This document shows positions 26,350 to 40,118 of a stretch of 64,000 nucleotides of DNA, in pieces (position 1 is the first letter of the stretch; every line of letters begins with the position of its first letter). Origin of the DNA: Eledone cirrhosa. Its lineage: Eukaryota. The DNA lies in the NCBI GenBank assembly GCA_964016885.1, contig OZ024754.1:26474001-26538000 (forward strand), written 5' to 3'. The notes beneath the pieces were generated by a model that saw only the letters and a program-made list of their open reading frames with translations, ran no database searches and had not been told where the DNA came from. Made by a program: the position numbers and the translations under genes.

Positions 26350-27073
26350 TTCTTCTGGTTTTATAATTTCACAAAGTTTTACCAATAGAGAGAGAGTCGG
26401 TTTCTAACATAGACACAAGACTCTCTCATTGGAATTTACACAACATCAACTAGGTAGATATGTATGTATGTCTGCATGCATGCATGTGTAGATATGGATG
26501 TTATTGTATGTGTGGATGTGGATGTTTTGAGTTGTATGTGTGCATGTGTATATGCTTTGTATCTGTACATGTGTATATGCAGTTATTAGATGCAACATTT
26601 TTGGTATGTTTTACATATTTTCACTGTTCCATTAATGGATTGTACTTGTTGTTTCCTAACTAGTCGTGTTCTTTCTGTTCCTGTGAAGCCTAGCTTCTCA
26701 AGATTTGTATTGAGGCAGTTACTAACATATCCCAGTGCCCCAATAATCACAGGCATAAATATGAAGGTGTAATCAGGGTGGAGTATCTGCAGATTTCTCA
26801 TCAGTTCTGCATAAATATTCTCCTTTTCACTAATCTTTGATATTATATTAGCATCTGCTGGGCAGCTAATTTCCACTACTGTGCATGTTTTCTTCTCCCT
26901 GTCCCATAACATAATATCTGGTCTGTTATGCCTGCATTTTATTGGGGTTTTTAATGGAACATTCTACCAGTACTCTTTCATATTATGTACATGGATGTCT
27001 TCCACATTGTTGTAGCTTTTAATGTGTTTATTATCGGGGCTATCTTTTTTACGAACTGCATTGTACAGTGTAG
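26350..27073 (-). mobile_element. R4/Dong-like element, short 3' copy
   Basis: Same 3' UTR and junction as 12734; ORF 26586..26912 is the RLE domain. Confidence 0.9.
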
Positions 27074-28240
27074 ATATTAGATGCAACATTTTTGGAATGT
27101 TTTACATATTTTTACTGTTCCATTAATGGATTGTACTTGTAATTCCCTAACTAGTTGTGTTCTTTCTGTTCCTGTGAAGCCTAGCTTCTCAAGATATGTA
27201 TTGAGGCAGTTACTAACATATCCCAGTGCCCCAATAACAACAGGCATAAATCTGAAGGTATAGTCAGGGTGGAGTATCTGCAGATTTCTCATCAGTTCTG
27301 CATAAATATTCTCATTTTCGATAATCTTTGATATTATATTGGCATCTGCTAGGCAGCTAATTTCCACTACTGTGCATGCTTTCTTCTCCCTGACCCATAT
27401 AATATCTGGTCTGTTATGCCTGCATTTTATTGGGGTTTTTACTGGAACATTCCACCAGTACTCTTTCATATTATGTACATGGATGTCTTCCACATTGCTG
27501 TAGCTTTTAATGTGTTTATTATGTGTTTATTTTAATTTTACGGATTGCATTGTACAGTATTTTGGCCACTACATCATAGGTAGATAGTACCGCGATGACA
27601 TCTTTGGGCAGCTGCTGATGACATGGGTGATATCTTCAATGTTAGTTCTGCAGAGTCAGAACTTGTTATCACATCTAGGTGTTTTGCCTGCATCCCTATC
27701 TCTTTTGTGAATCAGGTATTTCGTGTTAATTTCCTGTTCTTGGATTTCAAAAGCGTATCCTTCAAAGTGGGAGCAATAGAGCGGTTGTTGGTCCAAGATA
27801 GACTACTTTCTTTATCTATACTCTCACTCTGGAGCTTCCTGGCAACATATCCATACATGATTTGTTGCTGATAAGCATGCAGTTTTTCATCCATGGATTC
27901 ACTGCGGTACTGCTGAGCAACTTCCCTGGGTGTGAGTTTTTGATTATCACACAGGGAATTCTCGAGTAGTTATTTCCCAACTCTTATGATCTTATCTGTT
28001 TCATGCAGATAGACTTGCTCCAGAGACGGGCTCCTACGCTTTGAGGTTCGTAGATGTTGTCCCAGGGATATGATGCGACATTTAAATGTTGTCTGGACTG
28101 ATGTTAGGTCTCTGCCTCCCTGCTTACGTTTCAAGTAAAGGCGGTCTATGTCACTGTTGATGTGGAAGTTTCCGGTGTTGTTTAGTATTTTTCGAGTCCT
28201 AACATCAACTGCTTCTATCGTCCAATAGAGTATTCCAAAC
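27074..28240 (-). mobile_element. R4/Dong-like fragment lacking 3' UTR, fused to the preceding copy
   Basis: Starts at the ORF stop codon (27077) and matches 12965-14220; the 5' end abuts (CA)n. Confidence 0.85.
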
Positions 28241-28242
28241 AG

Positions 28243-28297
<55 letters not shown>

Positions 28298-28509
28298 CTA
28301 AATATAGAAATGACTCAACAGGTAGACAATTCAGAGAGGCAACTGAAATAAGACTAAGAAAACCACCTATATATGTTGTTGTCATGATTTCTCCCGAATG
28401 AAACAGTTCTAGCCATGTAGAAACCTTTTCTATATTAAATATTTATACTCTGCTTTGTATTGAGTACCTTACTTACTGTGGTTACTCCCGATTGAACCTG
28501 GGATAAACG

Positions 28510-28785
<276 letters not shown>

Positions 28786-28796
28786 TATATACATAT

Positions 28797-29260
<464 letters not shown>

Positions 29261-29371
29261 GCATATGTGTGTGTGTATGTGTGTGTGTGTGCGTGAGTAT
29301 GAATGTATGTGTGTATGCCTCGTAAGAGTTATCTAAAACCAGAAGACATTAGAAGCAAATAAAGAAGCCAG

Positions 29372-29483
29372 CCAGGCAGACTGGGAGACAGGGAGACAGG
29401 GAGACAGGGAGACAGGCAGACTGGGAGACAGGGAGACAGGGAGACAGGGAGACAGGCAGACTGGGAGACAGGGAGACAGGGAG
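29372..29483. repeat. (GGGAGACA)-based minisatellite, ~43-bp higher-order unit
   Basis: Direct reading. Confidence 0.85.
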
Positions 29484-29626
29484 TAAAGCAAGATATATCA
29501 GCTATAAATTATGAAAGAACGTCGAAGTTCTTTACACTTTTACAGATAATTACAGAATACAAGGTAAAGAGATGGTGGGGGTTTGTAAGGATATCGATAC
29601 CGCTAGCTCCCCTCCTCCTCCTCCTC

Positions 29627-29660
<34 letters not shown>

Positions 29661-30024
29661 CGACGACGACTGATGATGATGAGGATGATGATGATGATGA
29701 TGACGACGACGACTGATGATGATGATGATGATGATGAATATTATCATGATCATCGTCATCAACGTCACCATCGTCGTTGTCGTTATCATCCTCATCATTC
29801 TCATCATTATCATCACCATCATCATCATCATCATCACTGTCACCAGTTTAATCGTCACCTTGTCATCGCCATCTCCATTATCATCTACATTATCTCCACT
29901 TTCATCTACACCTTCATTGTAAATGTTGATCTTCAAATTAACAATTGAAAAGATGTGTCGGACCTCCGTCGGTTTCAACGATGGATCTTCCAGCTGTTTT
30001 ATCAATGAAGCAGTCGATTCGTGG

Positions 30025-30320
30025 AATTAACGTAATTCTAGAGGAGATTCAGCATGTTACATGGTGTTAATTTGAATTATAGGTACAGTCCATCTTATAT
30101 CATAGTGCGAGTGCTGAGCATTCCACAGACACGTCTATCCTTACCGTAATTCTCAGGGAGATTCAGCGAGACACAGTATGTGACAAAGCTGGACCTTTGT
30201 ATTACAGTGTAAATGGTTGAGCATTCCACAGACACGTGTATCCTTGACATACTTCTCAGGGAGATTTAGCCTCATACAGTATGAGACAAACCCGGCTCTT
30301 TAAATTATTGGCACAACTTC
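30025..30320. repeat. ~100-bp tandem of a SINE-derived segment (gagcattccacagacacg...cagggagatt)
   Basis: Three degenerate copies visible. Confidence 0.55.
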
Positions 30321-30349
30321 ATGAAATGGAGCAACCTGTTCATATTACA

Positions 30350-30705
30350 ATCTTTAACCACTAAAATACGTCCCTAATTAATTACTGAGCCGAACACTTT
30401 AACCACAAAAACACGTCTCACCAATGAAATTACCAAGCCAAACACCCTAACCACTAAAAGACGTCTCTCCAATGAAATTACCAAGCCAAACACCCTAACC
30501 ACTAGAACACGTCACTCTAATGAAATTACCAAGCCAAACACCCTAACCACTAGAACACGTCACTCTAATGAAATTACCAAGCCAAACACCCTAACCACTA
30601 GAACACGTCACTCTAATGAAATTACCAAGCCAAACACCCTAACCACTAGAACACGTCATTCTAATTATATTACCGAGCAGAACACTTTAACCACTAGAAC
30701 ACGCC
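30350..30705. repeat. 48-bp tandem repeat, about 7 copies
   Basis: Unit aatgaaattaccaagccaaacaccctaaccactagaacacgtcactct starts at 30423, 30471, 30519, 30567 and 30615. Confidence 0.9.
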
Positions 30706-31421
30706 CCTTCACAATTCAAAATATAATGACAATAATAAATTTATCTTTCCAAATAAAATCACACGAACTCGAATTAGATTTGTCCTGGAAACACGTTTGA
30801 CATTAAAGACTTTAGTTTATTAAAACAACAACAACAATACACCCCCCCACTACCACCACCACTACCACCGCCACTACCACCGCCACTGCCACCACCACTA
30901 CCAGCGCCACTACCACCACCACTACCAGCGCCGTGACATCGACGAGAAAAGCAAGTAAAACTTTAAGAAAGGATATAAAATTTATAGTTATAAAAGTCGT
31001 GTGTGAGTTTCTGACAACAGTTACACAGTTTCATACGTCAGATATTTGGGTAGTTAAGCCGTCACAGTCGAGCATATATATATATATCATCTATTCATGA
31101 GCAATATATTAATATATATATTGTTTTTGTGTTTGTGCCCATTATTCTTTTTTTATTTCAGTCGTTTTAAATGAAATTTAATATTCTTCGCACTTTTAAT
31201 TTTGTCTGGGAATACAATTTCATATTATATTTTTTTTATGGGACATTAAATTTACTTAAAAGACGATAACATCAATAGCAAACCATTTTAGTAGAGTAAG
31301 TTTTTGAAGGAGTTTGATGTTAATAATATCTAAAATAATGTAGAAATATATATTGTAATCATTTTTCTAATTGTTTCTACTTTTGGCACAAGACCAGCAG
31401 AGGAAAGTCTGTCTATCTGTT

Positions 31422-31455
<34 letters not shown>

Positions 31456-31458
31456 TCT

Positions 31459-34400
31459 AAAAAAATCCCCACTTTTACCAACACCACAAATAACAACACA
31501 ACCACCACGACAACAAGAAAAAACAACAGAGAACACTATCCCACCCAACCCCTCCCCACCCAAAACAAATACAAAAACACACACAGACACTATAGAACCC
31601 CAAAACATACCCCTAGCCATCAACACGGATGAGGAACCCCTATCGACGGCACCCAGCGGTGATGAGGAGGAACCCTTCCAACCCGTGAAAAGAATAAAAA
31701 GAAAGAACCGCATGAACAAAAACGAAACAAACACACAAACACCAGCACAAACAGCACAAAAATCACAAACAAAAGTTCCCCCTCCCGAAAAAATAACACC
31801 CACAACAAAGAGAAAACACATGCAGGAACCACAGACAAAAACAAACACAACACAGGAAAAGTACACATACACTTACATAAACGAAGAAAATAGAACACTG
31901 ATGGAGACCATGAGAAACAACCCTTTGGTCAAAACCGAAGGGAAAACTTTGGATAGCTCCAACCAAAACAAAAAAATGAACCTAAAACTGATCAGGGTCT
32001 CTATAGGAAATCATAGATCCCTATAAGAAACATTTGTAGAGGACGTGGGGAATTCCTGCGTGAAACCAATCAACCGCGTCCTCTACAAAGGCCTCCCCAC
32101 CACAGGCACCCCGATCCAAGTCATCCCCATCCCACCAGACACCCCTTCCCCACCAAAAACCTCCGTCCCCACCCCGCCAGAAACCACCACCCCACCCAAC
32201 AACCCATCCCCCACCCTCATGGAAATTGTGCAGCCCGATACCCGGGACGCAGAGAGGTAAGTGCCTTTTCTCTTCACCACCAACATGGCTATGCTAAGAG
32301 TAGGCTGTCTAAATGCGCGTGACCTGGGCTCAACTTGGAAACAAGCAATGCTTCTAAATGACCTCAGGTCACAACGTATAGATGTGATGGTTATTTGCGA
32401 GGCCCGGATCAGCAACGTGCGACAGCTGGCCCCCACCTTTGATGACTTTGAGATGCACGCATCTCTCTGTCAGCCCGGAGGTGGGGGTGGGGTTGTCGTT
32501 CTGCTGCAAAAACATCTGGGTCTCGCAACACAGACGGTACATTTGGACCCGGAGGGTCGACTAGTGGTTCTGGACCTTGGCAGTGGTGAAGGCGGAGCGT
32601 TTAGGTTGGTAGCCGTCTAGGGCCCTTTCGGGTCAATGCGGCCGGACTTCTTCCATCGTCTGGAGACTTTTCTAGGGACGTCCCGCTCCTTGCTTTTAGT
32701 GGGGGACTGGAATGGTATCCTAGATGCACGCTGGGACTACGTAGGGGCCTGTCCCGATAGAGAGGGGTGTAATAGCCTCAAAGGGTTAATCGGTCGATTT
32801 GACCTGACCGATAGATATCGACTAGATTTTCCGACTGTGCCAACCTGGACTTGGGCAAATCGTAGCGGATCATCTAGGTCGTACCTAGATAGGTTCTTAG
32901 TTAGAAATAAGGATAAGGACTTTTTAAGTTGTCCAAAAATGCGCATGGTTGGCTATTCAGACCACAAGTTAGTGAGCTGCATGGTCAACCTTGACAGAAC
33001 GCATAGACAGGGACCCGGTTACTGGAAGCTCAACTTGTCCTTACCGGCAAGTAAGGCTTACAGGGACCGGATTAACACTTTAGTTAAGGAGCGGTTGACG
33101 GGCACCATCGTCAACAGCAGGTGGTGGGGATCTCTCAAAAGAGAGATTAGAGTAGTCTCTATAGAATTTAGTAAGGAGTTAGCCTCAAATAGAAATAGGA
33201 AAGAAAGGGAGTTGGTAGATAGTGTAGAAGAGGCAATTAGAAGCGGCGACGTAGCCAGAGTGCTAGCGTCGAGAACGGCCCTGGGCCAGTTCTTCGACGC
33301 GAAATACGAAGGCTGCATCGTCCGAAGCAAAATACGTGCTCTGGGAAACGAGGGGACCAAAGCTGTTAGCTGGGCCCGCGTGACAGAAGCCAAAAGAGGG
33401 AGTAGATCCACTATCCCGTCTTTGCGAGACCAGGATGGATCCTTGAACCTAAGCAGATGTGCGAGGCTTTTCAAAAGCACTTTGCTAGATTGTTTGGAAG
33501 GGGCGGGGAGCCGGTTGGGGAAGTGGACTTCGGTCCATACCTCGACGGCCTGCCGCGTCTCTCGGACAGGGAGGCGAAGTCCTGCGAGGAACCGATTTCA
33601 GCCGCTGAGATAGAAGACGTGCTGAGCCAATGCGGCAAACGCAAATTCCCGGGTCACGATGGTCTTCCATACGAACTATATCTAGCTATGCCGGACTTGT
33701 TCCCCGATCTCCTCGAGGCAGTCTACTTCAACTGGCAACAGAACGGGAGAATTCCCTGTGCTGTGACCAAGGGCGTAGTCACGCTAGTGAGGAAGGACGA
33801 GAACAAGGGGCACGATATAAATAATTTCAGGCCCATAACTCTGCTAAATACAGAGCTACAGATTTTGGCCAAGGTGCTAGCAAAGAGGTTGGCGCGCTTG
33901 TCGTGGGCAACCTGGTGGAAGATGCGCAGACATGTGCTATCCCATCCAGGTCCATCCACGACAACCTCCACTTCATGCGATACATCATAGAGAGGGTTGG
34001 GAACAAACCCGGCTTTGGTGGGGCCCTGATCAACTTGGATCAATCTAAGGCGTTCGATAGGGTCGACCATGGTTACCTGGATGCGGTGCTAGCGGCGGCA
34101 GGCTTCGGACCCGTTTTCAGGGGCTGGATCAATGCCATACACAGCAGCCGCATCTGCTCTAGGGTCAAAGTGAACGGCTACCTCTCGGAGCCGTTCGAAA
34201 TCGCGCGGTCCATCCGACAAGGGTGCCCTCTCTCCTCCCTTCTGTATGTAATGACTCTAGAGCCACTGCTGCGGAAGTTGGAGTTGTTGCAGGGCATCCC
34301 GTTGGAACCGGTATTGCGGAAAGCGGTGTCGGCCTACGTTGATGACGTAACAGTAATGGTGTCGACGGCTTCGGAAATCGGGGCGATCGGCACCTTACTG

Positions 34401-35968
34401 GAGGAGTACGAAAGGTTTACAGGGGCTAAGCTGAACTGGGACAAGTCGATCGGTCTGCAACTCGGCACGTGGAGGGGCAGATCGATGCCCTCCAATGGCG
34501 TCGTCAGGCGCTGGACCGAGTGCCCGGTGAAGTTGCTCGGGGTCTGGTTCAGACCAGACCTCCAGGTGGAGAAGAACTGGGGTGAGGTAACGAACAGGGT
34601 ATTTGCACTGACTCAGAAGTGGGCCGAGTGCAAACTGTCCCTAAAAGGTCGGTCGGAGGTGGCAAACACTTATATAGCGTCCGTCATCTACTACCGCCTG
34701 ACCTTTGTGCCTTGCCCAAGGGAAACGCTCGCCAAAATGGAGCGCGCACTCTTCCAATTCCTTTGGAAGAAGCGGGCTCCTATGGTGAGGAGATCCATCT
34801 GCTGTCAACACCCTTCGAAAGGAGGGCTGGGGATGCCGTGGCTAATGATACGTAAACACGCATTAAGGTTACGGCACCTCCAGGTATTCCTCACCGGTCA
34901 ACCGGTGTGGGCCCCGTTTGTGAGGCGAGCCTTTCACAGACTCGTCTCACTCACCGAGCTGCAATCCTGGGTCAAGCAAAGACCGAGAAAACTGGGCGCC
35001 TAGCACACCGAGTGTGCCCAGGCGCTCACGGCTCTCTGGCAGGCGGACCCGGCTGTCAGTGGAGAATCCACCTCGTCATTCTATAGAGGGCTGGTGGTTT
35101 AGCAGGTGTGACGACGCCTAGGCATGGAGGAAGACGAACTGGACAACCTGTTCGTTAGGACATTCAGCCCGGGACCCATGGATAACTTCCAAGGGTCCCT
35201 GGCCTGGCAGTGCTACCGAGGAGCTCTGCCCGTTCGAGAAAGGCTCTACAGACACTGGCGCCCGGGTAAGGACCCCTCGAATAAGATCTGTCCCAGATGC
35301 GTGTGCGACGAGGAAACTGTTGCACACGCATTGGTACACTGCTCGGGCATTGCCGATCTGTGGGGCTATGTCGAACAACTGCTGTCAAGGGTGGGACCGA
35401 TCCGGTTGACCACCGAGTCTATTGTAACGATCAAGCCCCCCCCCCCCCTCTTCAAAAACGAAGGAGAGGGGGTGTTTCTGTGCGTAATAGCCATGGCGAA
35501 TGAGGTTGTATGGTGGACACGTCTGAAAGGACTGAGGTCAGACACCTTTCTCTCTGGCCAACAACTGGTCCGTTTCTTCCGATATCATTTCGGAAGAAGG
35601 ATCAGGATGGAGAGAGAGGTGCTGCACCCCAGCCGTTTTTATGAAAGATGGGTGAAAGTGGCGAGAATGGCCCGTGTGAATGGGCCTTCACTCTACATCA
35701 GACTATAGGTGAGGAAGATGAAAAATCAAGGGAGCACCTCCTCTCTGTGCTCCTGAGGAGAAGGTTTGCACATTTATTTTCGGGGGTGTGAGCAACCCCA
35801 CAAGGCGCCTCCTCCCTATTGAGGATTTTGTTATAAAATTTATTTTGTTATATTTTATTTTATTTGTATACATTGTTATTACCTTATTGAGGACGCCTTT
35901 TCATGTAAACTCCCCCCATTGTACTTGTCCCACTCTTTGACGCCCTGGTGGCAAATAAAAAGAAAATT
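31459..35968 (+). mobile_element. Tx1-clade LINE, ORF1 remnant plus full but disrupted ORF2 (APE-RT-zf)
   Basis: APE (LRVGCLNA, GDWN, SYLDRF, SDHK), RT (PGHDG, NFRPITLLN, LDQSKAFDRV, RQGCPLS, YVDD) and C-terminal zinc finger, with stops and frameshifts. (CTAT)n at both junctions. Confidence 0.92.
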
Positions 35969-36058
35969 ATCTATCTATCTATCTACCTATCTATCTATCT
36001 ATCTATTTATCATCCTATCTTTTATCTATCATCCTATCTATTTATCTATCTACCAGTT

Positions 36059-37405
36059 CGGAGGTATATGGTCTTTAAAGCGATGAAATGCCTATGATGG
36101 TTGGAAGATCACTGATGAAGGACAAACTTTTTTCATATGTAACCCATTTGCAACTCCGCAGCGCCCTTATTATCATATTTACACATATTTTTTCCTCTGC
36201 TGCTACCGTCTTTTTCGTTCTATGTATCTTTACCCTTTCTAGCAGTCTCTCTCTCTGTTAGCCTCTTCCTCACCCTTCACTCACTCATTCTCTGTCACTA
36301 CCTCTCCTCCTCCTCTTTCTTCCCGTTTGACCTGTGAGTAATTCTTTTCTCTCGCACTCTCGGCCTAGCTGGTCGGAATTTTTTCTCTCTCTCGTCTACG
36401 ATTTCACAGAACTTATGTTTACCGAATTCGCAGACCAGACCCCTTCTTCCTCCCGTTAGACGTGTGCGAAATTCCTTCCTTGCTCACATTTCAACCAGGT
36501 TTGATAGTCTTTATTCTCTCGTTCACAATTTCACCGAACTTAAATTCATAGAAATCTGGGACTTGTCTCTTTCTTCCTCACTTTCTGTTGCTTCACCATT
36601 TTGTTTGTTTACCCTCGCGTCCCCTTTATTTACGTGTCCCAACGACTTTTTTTAGCCGTTGCTCGCACCAACCGGAGGTATATGGTCTTTAAAGCGATGA
36701 CATGCCTATGATGGTTGGAAGATCGCTGATGAAGGACAAACTTTTTTCATATGTAACCCATTTGCAACTCCGCAGCGCCCTTATTATCATATTTACACAT
36801 ATCTTTTCCTCTGCTGCTACCGTCTTTTTCGTTCTATGTATCTTTACCCTTTCTAGCAGTCTCTCTCTCTGTTAGCCTCTTCCTCACCCTTCACTCACTC
36901 ATTCTCTGCCACTACCTCTCCTCCTCCTCTTTCTTCCCGTTTGACCTGTGAGTAATTCTTTTCTCTCGCACTCTCGGCCTAGCTGGTCGGAATTTTTTCT
37001 CTCTCTCGTCTACGATTTCACAGAACTTATGTTTACCGAATTCGCAGACCAGACCCCTTCTTCCTCCCGTTAGACCTGTGCGAAATTCCTTCCTTGCTCA
37101 CATTTCAACCAGGTTTGATGGTCTTTATTCTCTCGTTCACGATTTCACCGAACTTAAATTCATAGAAATCTGGGACTTGTCTCTTTCTTCCTCACTTTCT
37201 GTTGCTTCACCATTTTGTTTGTTTACCCTCGTGTCCCCTTTATTTACGTGTCCCAACGACTTTTTTTAGCCGTTGCTTGCACCAACCGGAGGTATATGGT
37301 CTTTAAAGCGATGAAATGCCTATGATGGTTGGAAGATCACTGATGAAGGACAAACTTTTTTCATATGTAACCCATTTGCAACTCCGCAGCGCCCTTATTA
37401 TCATA
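36059..37405. repeat. 614-bp tandem repeat, 2.2 copies, ending in (TA)n
   Basis: Unit starts cggaggtatatggtc at 36059, 36673 and 37287; copies differ by only a few substitutions. Confidence 0.92.
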
Positions 37406-37420
37406 TATATATATATATAT

Positions 37421-38391
37421 TAGCAACAGTACCGAGCGTTGCCTGGGTAGGTAAAATAATATCTGCTTTGATGAAAAGGTGTTGATATTAGCGACAGCTT
37501 CTCGATGACTCATCTATGGCAACACACAGGCCATGCGGGGGAGGGTGGTGATGACCTCTATCACTGAGAAACGCGGGTGACTGACGAAGGGGCATGTTGG
37601 GGGAGGGAGGTAATGACTTCTAACACTAAGCCAAATTTCCTCACGCTACTTGATTGGAAACTGATGAATTCTCAAATACACAACTAAAAGCTCAGACGAC
37701 GTCAGTGGCCATTGTTTTGCCTTTGACCATCAACTGGATAATGGCGAAATGTTGAGTGAAATCGTATGGAATATGTGGGAGGTGGAAAAATTCGTATTTT
37801 GAATAGTTAAACGGCTGCCACGCCGTCTCTGAACAAAAATTTCAAAGTATAAAGCTACTATAAGATGTGCAATGATAGGTTCTATCGTAGTATAAAAGTT
37901 GAACCAAATAAATTGATTTATGTGTGAGGTGGAGCCGAAGTTTCGAATTTGAACGAAATCGGTTGAAAAATGTGGGAGCTAGAGCCGAAAATACGGAAAT
38001 TTGAGCGAAAGGGTGGTATTTTCGAATATTTAAGCGGCTGCCACGTTTTGAACAACAAATGCAAAATATAGAGCCATTACAGGATGTGCAATCATAAATT
38101 CTATTTCGCTTTAAAATTTGAACGAAATCGGGGGCAAAATGTGGAAGCTAGAGCCAAAACTCTTATTTTTCGATACCTAAAAATAGGTGACCCTCACCAC
38201 CCTATCGATTTTTATCTGCTGAATGACCCCGGAATAAAAAAAACGATACGCTGATATATAGATAACACTCCCCGATGACTAATCTATGAGCCTGTAAAGT
38301 TTCATGAAAATCGGTCGTAAGATGTAGGCCCCTACAGACACACAGACACACAGACACACAGACACATACACATACTTAATTTTATATATAT
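37421..38391 (-). mobile_element. Non-autonomous Helitron-like element
   Basis: Minus-strand 3' end has hairpin acccaggc-aac-gctcggt followed by a CTA(R)-like terminus. The 5' end tatatataaaattaagtatgtatgtgtctgtg carries a (CAGA/CA)n microsatellite. Internal ~235-bp degenerate duplication. Confidence 0.65.
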
Positions 38392-38929
38392 ACCGACTAG
38401 CAGAAAACCACCCGGTGGGCGGTTTTCTGCTAGCAAATCTAGTGTATATACTGATATTGTTGAGATTTGGATGAGAAATGTTTTCGGCACCACATGTTCA
38501 CCGTCTCTCGGTGTGTCTTTTATGCATGTATAAATATATATGTTATCTATACGGTGAAATCTTTGAAATAAATATATGTTCAAACGAAAAAGGGATTAGT
38601 GACGGAAATATAAACGTTATGATACATAAACGTTATGATATAACGATGGAAATATATCTTCAAATGGTCCTTGGCATGGTGTCAAGTCAGAACCGCCTCG
38701 AACTGGTTACTTCTGGCTTGTGCAAGGTGTCTCTATAGCAACCAGCGATTCCCTCGGCCTCAGTGACCAAAGTCAGTGGAGAGGGGAAGGTAATGTTTCT
38801 ATAGCGACAGTGTTTCTCTTGGTAGTACCAAAGTGGAGAAAGGAAGAGGAAGGTAATATTTCTGTAGCACCTACATTTGAGTTTTAGGGAAGGACAGACA
38901 GACAGACAGACAGACAAACAGAGAAATGC

Positions 38930-38940
38930 CCATATATTTC

Positions 38941-38997
<57 letters not shown>

Positions 38998-39025
38998 CAC
39001 ACACAGAAATGTATATATATATTTC

Positions 39026-39056
<31 letters not shown>

Positions 39057-39717
39057 TACACACACAGAAATGTATATATATTTCTGTGTGTATATATATA
39101 TATATATATATTACACACACAGAAATGTATATATATTTCTGTGTGTATATATATATATTTCTGTGTGTGTATATATATATATATTACACACACAGAAATG
39201 TATATATATTTCTTAGAACAAAATTATTATTAATGTTTTGCTGTTCATAACAATTGGAATTGAAAAATTACTTTTAAAATTATTAGTTATTTTACTAATG
39301 CTTAGATATGTAAAAATGAAGCAATGTTTCTAATAATTGTTTCTACTTTTGGCACAAGGCCAGCAATTAACCAGTACATTACTGGTACTTTATTTTATCG
39401 ACCCCGTGAGGATGACAGGCAAAGTTAACCTCGGCGGTATTTGAACTCAGACCGTAAAGGGACGTAACTCCATGCTATGAAGCATGGTGTCCGACTCTCT
39501 ACAGATTCTGCCAATCCACCGCCCTAATGTCTGTACGTAATGAGGGAGTGAGAGGAGAGAGAAAGAAAGGCAGAGGTGAAGTGACGAAGTGACTCTCTCC
39601 TCCTCCTCCTCCTCCTCCTCCATCTCCCCATTCGTCATAGCGATAGAGGGGAGGAATGTTCGTGTGTTACAAAGCGAAAGAGTGAGAGAAACAGACAGAC
39701 TAAAAGAGAGGGATAGC

Positions 39718-39796
<79 letters not shown>

Positions 39797-39866
39797 CAAC
39801 AGATTACAGTAGCTAAGGGATGTATATATATTTCTGTGTGTATATATATATACATTTCTGTGTGTG

Positions 39867-39906
<40 letters not shown>

Positions 39907-39978
39907 GGAAATATATATATATTTCTGTGTGTGTATATATATATATATATATTACACACACAGAAATGTATATATATT

Positions 39979-40013
<35 letters not shown>

Positions 40014-40118
40014 TACACACACAGAAATGTATATATATTTCTGTGTGTATATATATATATTTCTGTGTGTGTATATATATATATATTACACACACACACA
40101 GAAATGTATATATGTTTC
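38930..40118. repeat. Two arrays (38930-39212, 39820-40118) of a hairpin-forming compound minisatellite acacacagaaat-(ta)n-atttctgtgtgt
   Basis: Direct reading; each unit is internally inverted. Confidence 0.85.
39330..39525 (-). mobile_element. MetaSINE-like SINE
   Basis: Matches 21840-22030 and 45751-45935. Confidence 0.8.

Noticed and set aside
30350-30705. Possible CRISPR array or interstitial telomere (CCCTAA in the unit)
   Set aside because: No unique spacers, no cas genes and a eukaryotic context; only one CCCTAA per 48-bp unit.
32255-32262. Perfect splice donor AGGTAAGT at the Tx1 ORF1/ORF2 boundary
   Set aside because: It overlaps the ORF1 stop codon and no matching exon is evident; cannot be supported without RNA data.
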